DNA of 64,000 bases from Octopus vulgaris (Eukaryota), in contig OX597821.1 in the NCBI GenBank assembly GCA_951406725.2, positions 57,412,001-57,476,000 on the forward strand. Direction: 5' to 3'. This document shows positions 13,041 through 25,019 of this stretch, in pieces; position 1 is the first letter of the stretch, and the number at the start of each line of letters is the position of its first letter. Both the position numbers and the translations under genes were made by a program. The notes under the pieces are model-generated. The model saw nothing but the letters and a program-made list of their open reading frames with translations. It searched no databases and had not been told where the DNA came from.

Positions 13041-13734
13041 TGGGAAGATGCTATAACGGTATATATGTATATATATATAACTTACTTTCTAACCTGAGGC
13101 TTTCTTCATTTATTTTTATTCTTGGGCAGACATTTCATTTTTTCTCTCTCAATATATTGATAGATATAGAATCGTTTGACGAAAGCAATATTCTGTGGAA
13201 TTCAAAAGAAATTAAATTGAATTCAACATGCTAAAGAAAATTATTTTTGATTTAAAAACATACGTTTTAGTCAATTGTTGTTTTTGAACCGCATTTTAAA
13301 AAGACTTTTATTGATATATTTACGTTGCGTATATTCACTGCATTAGTTATCGATTGACCTGTCGACCTATAGATGTATTTAATTAGTTTTATGATTATTG
13401 TCTGTTTTTTTTTTGTTTGTTTGTTTGCGGATTCGATTAGTCTTATATTTTAGATGCTTGAATATATAGCAACTTCTTACTCTGCTCGTGCTATACAGAA
13501 ATGGAAGTAAAATAGCGGCTGAATAGATGAAATAAAATTGATACAGTAAGAAATAACTTAAGAATGTGAAGAGGTTAAAAATAAAAGCGGAAAGAGGCGG
13601 GAAGGGCGATAGAGACGGATAGGGTTGGAGAGAGAGACAGAGAAAAGGTATATTTGAAGTATGATTAATGCACACAGTAGTGCTCTCCCTTTCTTCTCTT
13701 TGAATCATACATATTTATACACATACATACACCA

Positions 13735-15305
13735 TGAGTGGCTGTGTGGTAAGTAGCTTGCCTACCAACCACATGGTTCTGGGTTCAGACCCATTGCGTG
13801 GCATCTTGGGCAAGTGTCTTCTGCTATAGCCTCGGGCCGACCAATGCCTTGTGAGTGGATTTGGTAGACGGAAACTGAAAGAAGCCTGTCGTATATAGGT
13901 ATATGTATGTATGTATATATGTGTATGTATATTGTTACGGAATCGGAATCACCCGTCGTCGCCCGTCCCGAACGGCTCACACAAGTTCCGCCACGGAACC
14001 CAAAGAGGCGGAGAGAGGAGATACAGATAGATACTGCCACAACCTCAACAGCACAGAGATACAGAGGCACAACCCGAGATACAACCCAAAGAGGCAAGGC
14101 AACAACTGGCAACACTGGCTTATATTCAAACAACAGTTTATACGACAATTACAATTGTTACAACATCAAGATACATCAAAGCATGCACGTGACTACTCAA
14201 TACATAATACAACAGCATTTCAAGAGTACAACTCAAAGCATAATACAACATCATGTAACAATTCAAGAGTACACGTCCCAAGACAACAGTTCTTTAAAGT
14301 CTCTTCCTAAACATCACAATCAACAAGTCCTTTACTCTTCTTCTTCACAATGTCCTTTATCGACCACATCGACAGAGTCCTTGACTGTTCTTTTCACTGT
14401 TCAATACACCGTGACACATATCAATGCACAAACACATACCTCAATTCCTAATTGAATCTGCCAGTGTCCCATTCCTCTCAATACTGCTAATTCCTCTAAA
14501 TACTGCTAATTCCCTTCTGTGCCGCCAAGCTTTCTCGCATCCCACTTGCTCCTAAGAATTCCAACGCTTCCAAGATTCCATCTACTCGCTCTGACCTCCA
14601 GAATCCGACTGTCTTCTTCGAGGACCGGCCAGCGACCCCAAGATCCGTCTGTGTTCTTCGACGACCGCTCAACGACTGCCAAGACCTCACTTCGTCTCTG
14701 TGCTTCTTCCACTCCCTCATCTCCCTCTGTACCGCTCATACCCTCTCTAACTGCCCTGGTCCTTATACTCTATCTATATCCTCAATCTGTCCCGTACTGC
14801 TTATCCTTTATATTTGCCCTCTGCTCTTACTCTATCGCTATCGCCTGCCAGACTCTTCCTCTCTATCTGTCCCTTTTCTCTTACACTCTATCTCTATTTG
14901 CTCTCAGCCCTTAATCTGTCTTCCTCTCTCACATTCTCCTGACCCTCTTCTCAGCCGCACGAGGTCACAGGTCATTCCAAAACCCATTAGTCCTCCATTA
15001 GACAAAAGACTGTCACATTTTCACCAGACATGATGGTGCCATTATTCCTATGTGGGTCAGAAACACTGCACTAGTTAAACCCGTAACAATATGTTTGTGT
15101 GTCTGTGTTTGTCCCTCTAGCATTGCTTGACAACCGATGCTGGTGTGTTTACGTCCCCGTCACTTAGCGGTTTGGCAAAAGAGACCGATAGAATAAGTAC
15201 TGGGCTTACAAAGAATAAGTCCCGGGGTCGATTTGTTCGACTAAAGGCGGTGCACCAGCATGGCCGCAGTCAAATGACTGAAACAAGTAAAAGAGTAAAA
15301 GAGTA
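13735..15305 (+). mobile_element. SINE family A split by a solo LTR (halves 13735-13932 and 15089-15305)
   Basis: The 5' half ends in the TA/TG tract at the LTR and the 3' half resumes directly after it. Confidence 0.85.
13933..15088 (-). mobile_element. Solo LTR (1156 bp), probably Gypsy/Ty3
   Basis: Termini TGTTACGG...CCGTAACA (TG...CA, 8-bp inverted repeat); 4-bp TSD ATAT at 13929-13932 and 15089-15092; no gag/pol coding; strand is a guess from a TATA-like TATAAAGG on the minus strand. Confidence 0.85.
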
Positions 15306-15490
15306 TACGTTTGTGATGATACACTACATTCAATAGTGCACGAAACTTGGTCGTTTTAAAACTCATCTGATGATTGCTACATGCAAGTGGTTGCTCTGGG
15401 CATGAAATTTTGAGTCATAGACCCGTTGTTTTTATAACAACTTATGATACCAAAAAACAATATTTAGCTCTACAAAATCTATTGGCACGT

Positions 15491-15525
<35 letters not shown>

Positions 15526-15599
15526 CGCACGTAGACGTGGACACCATTACACATATATAGATAATGGATAATTACACGTAAAGAGATAGAGAAAAGTAG

Positions 15600-16380
15600 G
15601 TTCTAGAATATATACAGGTTCGTTTTAATTATGTTTCCGTGTTTTAAATATGTGTTATAAATTGTTGGGTAGCATTATCTGTTAGCATATGTTCTTAAAT
15701 TAACCTTTCTGTTTACAGTTCGAGGTCGATTATTATAATTATCATTATTTCCCGTTTTATGTATTAGCAACGTGTGACTTCTTCAGTGTTCAATACGTTT
15801 AGTTTGCTAATTCGGTTTAATGTTCTGTCGTTTTTAAATACTATTATTCGTGAGGTGGCAATGTCCATTTTCATATTTTTCTCTTTTCTTCATTTTGTAT
15901 TTTAATTACTGGTGTTTCGTAACTATAGATATGAAACGATTTATGTTTGAGAATTAATGTTGTTATTTGTAACAAAAGTAGGTGTAAATGTAAGGGATAT
16001 ATTGCGCTAATTCTTGCGCCAACTTCTTGCTTGTTCGTTCCTAGAAAAGTTTATGGCTTTAGCGCTATTGACACCGTCAGATTAAATGCCAAGGTGTTGA
16101 AATCATAATGATATCCGTTAGGCAGCTGATGATAGACGCATATATTTGTTTGATGTTCATGTCGACTGTGAATTTTTTGTATTTTGTTTTCACATAGTTA
16201 TAAGTTATCCTTCATTGAATCTAGTTCTTGTAAGGTTGAACTTTAAGGGTCCTTTGTTTCTTGGTCTATAGTTGGTTTAGTGTATATTATACCATACACT
16301 GATACTGTATGATAATTTTGTATAGGTATCCGAATTCTGGTAGGAGTAAATACTTGTTTAAGGGTTTCTGGTTTATGGAG
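15600..16380 (-). mobile_element. Highly decayed Penelope-like RT thumb remnant
   Basis: Weak minus-strand translation (DGVNSAKAIN...) resembling the PLE post-thumb region; many stops. Confidence 0.3.
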
Positions 16381-16439
16381 GTTTAGTTGCATGTGTATGT
16401 ATGTATGCATATATGTGTGTGCGTGTGTATTTCGAATAT

Positions 16440-16740
16440 CACATTAGAGAATGGAGCGGAGTGATTGATATGTTCGCAGAGTACCAAAAACAAAATTTCT
16501 GCTGGACCGGACATGTCGCAGTATTCACATGTAACAGGTGGACCCGTGTAGTCTCCGAGTAGTAATTAATATGTCAGTAAAGGCCACTTGGGAGGCCTTT
16601 ACGACGATGGGACAGTGGTTTAATTAAGCAATTTGGGTCAAGCTGGAAAAGAATGGCACAATCAAGACAGAATTGGGTGCAAATTGTGACCAGTGGTGTA
16701 TAACAGCATTTGAAAGTCTGATCAATACTGTGATACAGGT
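16440..16740 (+). mobile_element. RTE LINE 3' remnant
   Basis: IREWSGVIDM...CWTGHVAVFTCNRWTRVVSE...RPLGRPLRRWD...WKRMAQSRQNW (RTE C-terminal WAGH/RPxGRP motifs). Confidence 0.75.
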
Positions 16741-16747
16741 ATATATA

Positions 16748-16787
<40 letters not shown>

Positions 16788-16788
<1 letters not shown>

Positions 16789-18158
16789 GTTAACTATGTC
16801 CAGTCATAGTGACTAATGGTTTTGCATCTATAAAGGGCCTAGCCCCATGGACATCTCGTCAGACTCTAAAGCCGAGGCACTTAATTCTTCAACTCTGGGA
16901 GGTAGGAATCCGTTATGGTCAAGTTAGTAAGAAACCAAAGAATAAACAATCTGGGTCGGAGAGGAGGGCTTATCTCCCTTGTCAGAAGAAGGAGATCAAG
17001 GAATTTTGCCCGTAGACTGCTTTTTGTTTGTAAGGACCTTTCCGGATCTAATGGATGAACAGGGGGTCCCATGCTTGCAGCAGATAACGTTTTAAATGGA
17101 TGCAGGGTCTGTAAATTTCCTGGCGAGAGTTCAGTAACTCTGGTTTCAGGGAGTTTTTAAGGATCCTTGCACGCTCAGCTCTGCAAGATTTGTAACGACT
17201 GCTTCCGTCCCTGTAGGACCCCGGCTGCTCCATGATCCTTCACTTGATATCGTATGGAGTCCTTTCATCTTTAAGGTCCTACACGTGGCTTACCAGGGAT
17301 GTGATGAATCGTTTTTCTGGAATCTTAAACGAGGGCATGTGGTTATACAAGCACCGCTTGAAGGCAGTCCCGGCTGACCCGATATATTTCCAGGCTGGAA
17401 ATGTTGCTTTTGCCGCTGGTGTTGCTGAAGCTGTGGCTGTTGTCGTTATAGTGGTCATTCATGGTCGTCGCGTTGGTGCTGCTGTCACCAATGGTGATGT
17501 GGCTGCCGTCGTTGGTAACACTGGGCGTAGAGTCAGTAGCTTCGCTGGTGCTGTTGGTGTCGGCGCGGTCGTCATCTCCGGTCGTGGCGCTTGTGTTGGG
17601 GTTATTGGCCTTAGTGCTGGTGTTTATGTCACTGTCGCAACTGCCGTTGCCGTCGATGTTGTTGGATCAACTGTTGCTGCTACTACTATGATCACTAGGT
17701 GTAGGTATCACCATATCCTCACAAACGACTGACTCGCTCTGTCTCGCATTGGCCTCTCCCTGGGCAGTCATTGTCTTCCCAGCATTTTATGGGTGTTTGC
17801 TAACATGCTTTTCATGTTTGGGTGCGCAAATAAAGGAGACCCATAATTTGTGCCTATTTAACAAACGTTCGTAACTGAGTGTTTGTACGAAGTGTTTGCC
17901 TACTAACCTGCGGAATATTCTTCCTACACAAGTCGTAACCTTGAGTGACAAGGGTGAGGAAAAAACCAAACGACGTTCCGGCGGCGCTTCCTTTTCGTGG
18001 GTTGCTTATCCTTTGGTTACTTACTAACTAACTGACCGTAACACAGTCCACTCCTCTCAGAGTTGAAGAGTTATATGCCACGGCTTTAGAGTCTGACGAG
18101 TAGTCCATGGGGCTAAGTTCATTGAGGATGTGGAACCATTGACCGGACATAGACTTAA
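16788..18158 (-). mobile_element. Penelope-like element (Naiad/Nematis-like endonuclease region), 5'-truncated, with inverted terminal repeat
   Basis: Minus-strand pieces KRKRRRNVVWF..PLSLKVTTCVGRIFRRLVGKHF...LLNRHKL and WKYIGSAGTAFKRCLYNHMPSF...LLNSRQEIYRPCIH; ~155-bp imperfect inverted repeats at 16788-16945 and 18002-18158. Confidence 0.8.
16806..16867 (-). ncRNA. Decayed type I hammerhead ribozyme motif in the PLE terminal repeat
   Basis: agagt-CTGACGA-...-tgc(A)AAAC-catta-GTC-actat; G12 changed to A (CpG-type decay); stem I agagt/actat has one mismatch. Confidence 0.5.
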
Positions 18159-18257
18159 GAGTATATAAACGACCGGACTTAAACTTAAGACTATGTAAAT
18201 ACATTACTGCTCTATGCTTTAGAGAGTACTTTTTCGGATCTATGATACACTGACGAT

Positions 18258-18265
18258 CTATCTAC

Positions 18266-18349
<84 letters not shown>

Positions 18350-18413
18350 ACGTATATGTGTGTGTGTGTGCTTGTATATATATATAAATTTATATATGTC
18401 TGTGTGTGTGTGC

Positions 18414-18461
<48 letters not shown>

Positions 18462-19011
18462 ATGTGTGTGTATATAACGTATATGTATTTGTGTGTGTAT
18501 ATAACGTATATGTATTTGTGTGTGTATATATGCGTGTGTGTGTGTGTGTGTCCCGAAACAGTAAAGACATCTGGTAACTTGACTGAGGAAAGAAAGCCAC
18601 GAATGGCGCGTCATTTTTTGCCTGTCCTAGTTGTTGTTTCTCTTGTCCGCCTCTGTATCGTCAATCTGTCCGAATGTTTTATGTCCTCTATTGCGTTTTT
18701 TGATCCACACACACACACATATATATAGCCTCGGTCCAACCAAAGCCTTGTGAGTGTATTTGGTAGACGGAAACTGAGAAAATCCCGTCGTATATATATG
18801 TATGTTTGTGTATCTGTGTTTGTCCCCCCACCATCACTTGACAACCGATGCTAGTGTGTTTACATCCTCGTAACTTAGCGTAACTTAGCGTAATAAGTGC
18901 TAGGCTTACAAAAAAGAAGTCCTGGGGTCGATTTGTTCGACTAAAGGTGGTGCTCTAGCATGGCCGCAGTCAAATGACTGAAACAAATAAAAGAAAAAAG
19001 AATATATATAC

Positions 19012-19092
<81 letters not shown>
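18258..19092. repeat. (TATC)n at 18258-18348 and (GATA)n at 19012-19092 around a SINE A 3' part (18725-19002, +)
   Basis: Directly visible; SINE by similarity to family A. Confidence 0.85.
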
Positions 19093-19761
19093 TGTGTGTA
19101 TGTGTTTGTGTATATATGCGTGTCTGTGTGCGTGCACATCACGATGTTTAGAATATTCCTAAGGGCACCGATACACATACACAGACGCCCAAGCAAAGTG
19201 TCCGTCTACGAAACCAACATAGTCTGTATTTATTCCTCCACTTAATGAATTATTAAAAGCACTTACGTATATTTGCTAAAGAAAAGGAAAATAAAGAATT
19301 TGAGGACAACAAAAATAACAAGTCTAATAACGTTATCGCTTCATAAATTGTACGGTGGCGTCTGTTACTTTCGTCGTCGTAGTAGTAGCAGTAGAGGTGG
19401 TAATTGTTTTACTGCACACACATTCTTACATAAACACACGCACGGATGCATATTTAATCATACGCACAGACAAATACGCCTGTGTTCATTGTGTACAGGT
19501 GTATGTGCGTGTTTATGTATGTATGCGTGTATGTATGTATGTATGTATGTACGTATCGACTACAGGTACTGTTTTAAAGCCTGATATTTATTCTATCGTC
19601 TGCCTTTGGTGAACCGCAAGGTTACAGGGGTATAAATACACCAGCACCGGTTGTCAAGCGGGCGTTGATGAGGGGCAAACACACAGACGTGTATGTATGT
19701 ATGTATGTATCTATGTATGTATGTATGTATGTATGTATGTATGTATGTATATATGTATATG

Positions 19762-19810
<49 letters not shown>

Positions 19811-20104
19811 GTATATAGGCATACATAGAAACATATATACATACTCATGTGTTTACATATGTGTATATAAACATACACACATGCACAAACGCACACACAC
19901 AAACACACACATGGTATTTTCAGTTGAAACACCATTCAATTAAGATGGCCATCTATGTATCATATTTAATGTATATACACTGTTGGTAGGCCAGTTATAG
20001 CATTATTTGTCCTGGACTAACATCTCTTATGGACGTGCTTTTTTAAAAACGCAATAAATATCAGAGAGGGGTGAAAATTCACCTCAGCAGCAGCAGCAGC
20101 AGCA

Positions 20105-20156
<52 letters not shown>

Positions 20157-20369
20157 AGACTACCAAAAGCTGAGGTTCACTACAGCAGTTTGAAACGCGT
20201 TTTATTTTATTCATGACTAAACTGATTATATCATGAAACAAAACCTTTTCTTTGGGTGAACCCTCTCATTTTGGCACCAATTGTGTGTGTGTGTGTGTGT
20301 GTGTGTGCATAGACATACACACACAGCCTTATATATAAAGGTATTATTACCATTATTATTATTATTATT

Positions 20370-20431
<62 letters not shown>

Positions 20432-20479
20432 GTGGCCAGCAAGTTTATTTATATATTTACATATAGGTAAATACATAAA

Positions 20480-20839
20480 TAAATTAAGTCGGGTATCAGA
20501 ATACCACTTGCTAGAAATCGGAGCTAACACTTTAAAACCACAAATTTCTCACTATTGAAATGCACAGGGTGACTGCAACGAATATAACAGAAATGGGCTG
20601 ACCTTGTATGATCTACAGAAGCAAGTAAGACAGACATCCTGGTATCAAATAATACAAAAGGTGAAGTCAACTGATACTGGGATGTCTGTCTTTCTTGCTT
20701 CTGAAGATCATACAAGGTAAGCCTATTTCTGTTATATTCGTTGCAGTCACCGTATGTATTTTAATAGTGAGAAATTTGAGGTTTTGGAGTGTTAGCTACT
20801 ATTTCTAGCAAGTAGTATTCTGATACCCTACTTAATTTA
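20480..20839. mobile_element. MITE / long inverted repeat (arms ~20480-20648 and ~20671-20839)
   Basis: taaattaagtcgggtatcagaatacc...gacatcctggtatca is the imperfect reverse complement of tgatactgggatgtc...tattctgataccctacttaattta; ~22-nt spacer. Confidence 0.85.
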
Positions 20840-20843
20840 CATA

Positions 20844-22111
20844 CAGGGGTTGGACAAATTAATGGGAACATCTAGCATCTTAGCATCATAATTTTAAAAT
20901 ATCTATAAAACCGTCAAAAGCTTGTTTATTTTAATGTTTTTTGATTTATTATTAGTGTTGCTTAATATGTTTTGCTGAAATTGCTGTTTCTTTTCAGATA
21001 TTATCAGAAAAAGGTAATTAAGATTCATTAAAATCACATCTATCGGACTTTCAAAGAGGTCAAATTGTTGGTGTTCGTATGGCAGGCGCTAGTGTAACGG
21101 TAACAGCCGAACTGTTTGGTATATCAGGAAGTACCATCTCGAAAAAAATGACAGCCTTTGAGAAAGAGGGAAAAACCTCCTCGTCGAAACAAAACTCCGG
21201 CAGAAAACCAAAACTTTCAGATAGGGACCGTCGGACTCTTACGCGAATTGTTAGAAAGGATCACAAAAATACAGTTCCCAAAATTACTGCAGAGCTTAAT
21301 GACTACCTCGAGAATCCAGTCTCCTCAAAAACTGTTCACCGGGAGCTACACAAAGCTGGATTTCACGGGAGGACTGCAATCAGAAAACCACTGCTTTCAA
21401 AAACAAACGTTGCAAAGTGTTTAGAGTGGAGTAAAAACCTACAGAATTGGTCCCTAGAGCAGTGGAAGAATGTTATTTTCTTAGACGAGTCATTCTTTAC
21501 CTTATTTCCAGCCACCGGCCGAGTATACGCGTGGAGACAGCCAAAAGATGCATTTGACCCAGACTGCCTTCTTCCAACTGTTCAACGTGGAGGGGGATCT
21601 GTGATCTGAGGGGCTATATCTTGGAAATCTGCCGGCCCAATGGTTTCCCTTCATGGCAGAATTAACAGTCAAGACTATTTAAGCATTTTATCTGATCAAA
21701 TTCATCCTATGGTTGCAGAATTGTTTCCGGAGGGAGACGCGATCTTTCAGGATGATAATGCACCAATTCACACAGCTAAAGTTGTTACTGAATGGCACGA
21801 TGAACATTCTAGTGAAGTTGAACATCTTATCTGGCCACCTCAGTCCCCAGATCTCAATATTATTGAACATTTATGGTGCATTTTAGAAAAACAAGTAAGG
21901 AGTCGATATCCTCCACCATAATCACTACAAAAACTGGAGACTGTTTTAGCTGAAGAATGAACAAAAGTTCCTTTGGAAACAATTCAAACTTTATACGAGT
22001 CCATACCGTGTAGAATTCAAGCTGTAATTACTGTGAAAGGCAATCCTACCCCATATTAAAATAAATTTGTTTGAAATTTTAAGTTGTTTCCGTTATTTTG
22101 TCCAACCCCTA
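20844..22111 (+). mobile_element. Tc1 (DD34E) DNA transposon, full length, inactivated
   Basis: TA flanks; TIRs caggggttggacaaattaatgggaaca / tgtttccgttattttgtccaacccct(a). Confidence 0.95.
21031..22059 (+). pseudogene. Tc1 transposase pseudogene
   Basis: One frame: LSDFQRGQIVG...SGRKPKLSDRDRR...VIFLDES...IFQDDNAPIH...WPPQSPDLNIIEHLW...GNPTPY*; in-frame stops at 21607, 21919 and 21958; start codon lost. Confidence 0.92.
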
Positions 22112-22139
22112 TATATATATGTGTGTGTGTGTGTGTGTA

Positions 22140-23225
22140 CAGAGTGCGTAAGATATTTAAGGACAGATTTATGTTTATAAAAAAAAAATAGATACATATA
22201 ACAGATAACTTTATCAAAAATTGCAATGAAGATCAAAATAAACCTTCTTTTCTATAATGTTATTCAATAAAGCCACCTTCAGTTTTAACAACTGCTTCTA
22301 TATGAGATCTCAATCATGCTAGAATCAAGTGGTCCTGGTTCATTTTGGACATTACCCTGACTATGGCATTGACCTCTCTCTCAACAACGCTCCACATGTA
22401 ATAGTCCAATGGATTGAGAGCTGAGAAATTAGGAGGCCAAATGTTATGTTATAAGGAAAATTTTCAGCCATCCATTCCTGTGTTACTAGAGCCATGTGTG
22501 ATAGCGCAGAGACTTATTGAAACACATATGACCTTCCATTGCAAACACTGTCTATCCAAGGCTTAACAACTGTTTCCAGGACTTCAATGTAGGCGGCAGA
22601 GTTAACTCTAAGGCGTTGTGGAAAGAAGTAAGGCGGCATCAGTTGCCCTTCATTGCTGACAACCCGTAAAACCATGACAGCTGCAGGAAATTTTGTATGC
22701 ATAATACTTGGAACTTCAGATGGGCTTACGCATAGCCATCTTTTATTTTTCTGCTAACTTTTTGATTTTGGTCTAAGTTTTTCTCGTTTGAGAAAAACCA
22801 AATCAAATCTTCTGCTAGATTTTTCATTTTGCTTAAGAACCTTTTAGATCTGATGTAGTAATTTTCCTTTGCTTTTTTTTTCCTGACAAATTGACCTTCC
22901 TTCATCATATAATACATATTCTGATGTCTTCGTGGACAACATTTCTGACTGTCCCTTCTGACACATGGAGATCTTTTGCAATTGACCTCATAGACTTTCT
23001 GGGATTGTAATCAATGACGAAAGAGCTGGCAACTTTTAAAACTCGAGATATTTCTAAATCGCTATGCTCAGCCTTTATAACCACAATAAGAGTATGCTTC
23101 TTCATTCCTTGAGTAAGCTGAGGGTCTGCCATTATTATTTTCTGAAACAAAGATTATACAGAGTTAGCAAAAAATGCAGTAATGACCCCAAAATTGATAT
23201 GTCCTGAAATGCCTTACGCACCCTG
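22140..23225 (-). mobile_element. DD37D (maT-like) Tc1/mariner transposon, internally deleted and decayed
   Basis: TA flanks; TIRs cagagtgcgtaagatatttaaggaca / tgtcctgaaatgccttacgcaccctg; minus-strand WFFSNEK...HTKFPAAVMVL...YVFQ*...WPPNFSALNPLDYYMW. Confidence 0.88.
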
Positions 23226-23774
23226 TATATACCAGAAAAACAACTGGCATCGAGTTAGACTGCATCATTTATATATTTATACAAGACACAGGGAAGCAAC
23301 AAATGCATAAAGCACTATAAATCACAAGAGATGAGAAAAAGCTCCAGTATGGGATATTCATAATGATAGCTATGTACGCTGGTAGACACCAGGAATAGCT
23401 ATAAGGTGAGTCTGTGATATTGATATTGATATTACATAGTTCGCTAGATAGAACCAGATCTTCACAAGTAAAGCTAAAAATGAAAGAGAACAAAGGCAGC
23501 GTGCAAATTAATCCTTACAGCTGTTTCAAGTATAGAATGTGTAATTGTGCAGTTCTCTGCAAGCAGTGTGCAACCAGCATTTTGGTGGCAGTCAATTCCA
23601 TCTCCCAAATAGAATTGTTTTCCAGTCTATCGCTTCATTCTATTCAATCTATCGTTTCATTCATGTAGCAGCTCATCTGTATGCGCGCGCACGCACACAC
23701 ACACACACGTGCTTGTGAATATGCATGCATATGTTCTCGATAGAGCGTTTGTTCTTCGGTTATTACATTTCATT

Positions 23775-24143
23775 TTTTGACTGGTTTCAGTCATTTGATT
23801 GCGGCCATGCCGGAGCACCGCCTTCAGTCGAACAAATCGACCCAAGGACTTGTTCTTTGTAAGCCAAGTACTTATTCTATCGGTCGGTTTTGCCGAACCG
23901 CTAAGTTATAGTGGCGTAAACGCACCAGCATCGGTTGTCAAGCGATGCTGGGGGGACAAAGACACATACATATATATATACGACGGGCTTCTTCCAGTTT
24001 CCGTCTACCAAATCCACTCACAAGGCTTTAGTCGGCCGCGGCTATAGTAGAAGACACTTATCCCAAGTTGCCACGCAGTGGGACTGAACCCGAAACCATT
24101 TGGTTGGTAAGCAAGCTTCTTACCACATAGCCACTCCTGCGCC
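23775..24143 (-). mobile_element. SINE family A, full length
   Basis: Both halves present; head ggcgcaggagtggctatgtggtaag. Confidence 0.9.
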
Positions 24144-24494
24144 TCAAAGGATATATAAACATGTATTTCACTAGGCACAAGTGTGATGATATCTGTCAAT
24201 AATGAAATACATTCAAATATGTATGTCTGTGCGTGTATTTGTGTGCGTGTGTGTGTATGTGTGCGTGTGTGTGTATGTGTGCGTGCGTGTGCATGTGCGC
24301 GTGTGTGTGTATGTGTGTTCACGTGTGTATGTGTGTGTGCTCGTGTGTTTGTGTGTGAGTGTAATGCCTGAAAGTAATGAAGTCATAAAAGAATCATCCA
24401 TAACTTGCAGTAAGCAACATTTATTAAAATAAAAGTATTCAGAACACAGAATAACATGTAACAAAAACAATTTGCAAACATATTTATATTCCCA

Positions 24495-25007
24495 CTAGCA
24501 GTATCGCCCGGCGTTGCTCGGGTTTGTAAGGGAAATGACTATATAAACATTTTTAGAGAGTTACTTCCCTTATAGATGCCAATTCGGGCTTTCTTAGCCA
24601 TTTCTCTTTTGGTGTCTTCAAGACATGAAGTCGTTGTTCTAAAAGAACGCTGGTCTCCTTGACAACGCTTTACGACGTTGATTTCCTTACACTCCCTTCC
24701 CCACAGCTTCACGAGGGAGGGAAGAAGGGGGAGAAGCAAACAGGTGCAGGTGTGACCATGGACGCCAACACCGCCGCCATCGACACACGAAAAATTATGC
24801 ATTAAAATGGAATAAAAAATGATGTTAAATTATTTTTAAAATCGTAGACTCATCGTAGACGCACGCTAATACCCAGACGGGCTCGATATGAATCACGACT
24901 ATAAGATGCCCGAATTTGGTTAAACTGCACCGCAAAACGTGGGAGTAGTTAGGAATCTAAATTGAAGGGGACAGACACTCACACAACTACAGTTTTATAT
25001 ATATAGA
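24495..25007 (-). mobile_element. Non-autonomous Helitron
   Basis: Minus strand starts TCTATATATATAAAACTG and ends with hairpin cccgagcaacgccggg, then cgatactg, then CTAG|T; near-identical copy at 58896-59412. Confidence 0.85.
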
Positions 25008-25019
25008 ATTCCCATATAA

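Noticed and set aside
13903-14914. ORFs of 130-180 aa
   Set aside because: They lie within the solo LTR, have biased composition and show no recognisable domain.
17232-17732. 166-aa Val/Ala/Gly-rich ORF that looks like a membrane protein
   Set aside because: It is the antisense of the low-complexity tract in the minus-strand Penelope-like element.
23280-23412. Possible exon ending at the strong donor AAG|GTGAGT (~23405)
   Set aside because: All three plus-strand frames upstream contain stops and there is no convincing acceptor; a non-coding exon cannot be excluded.
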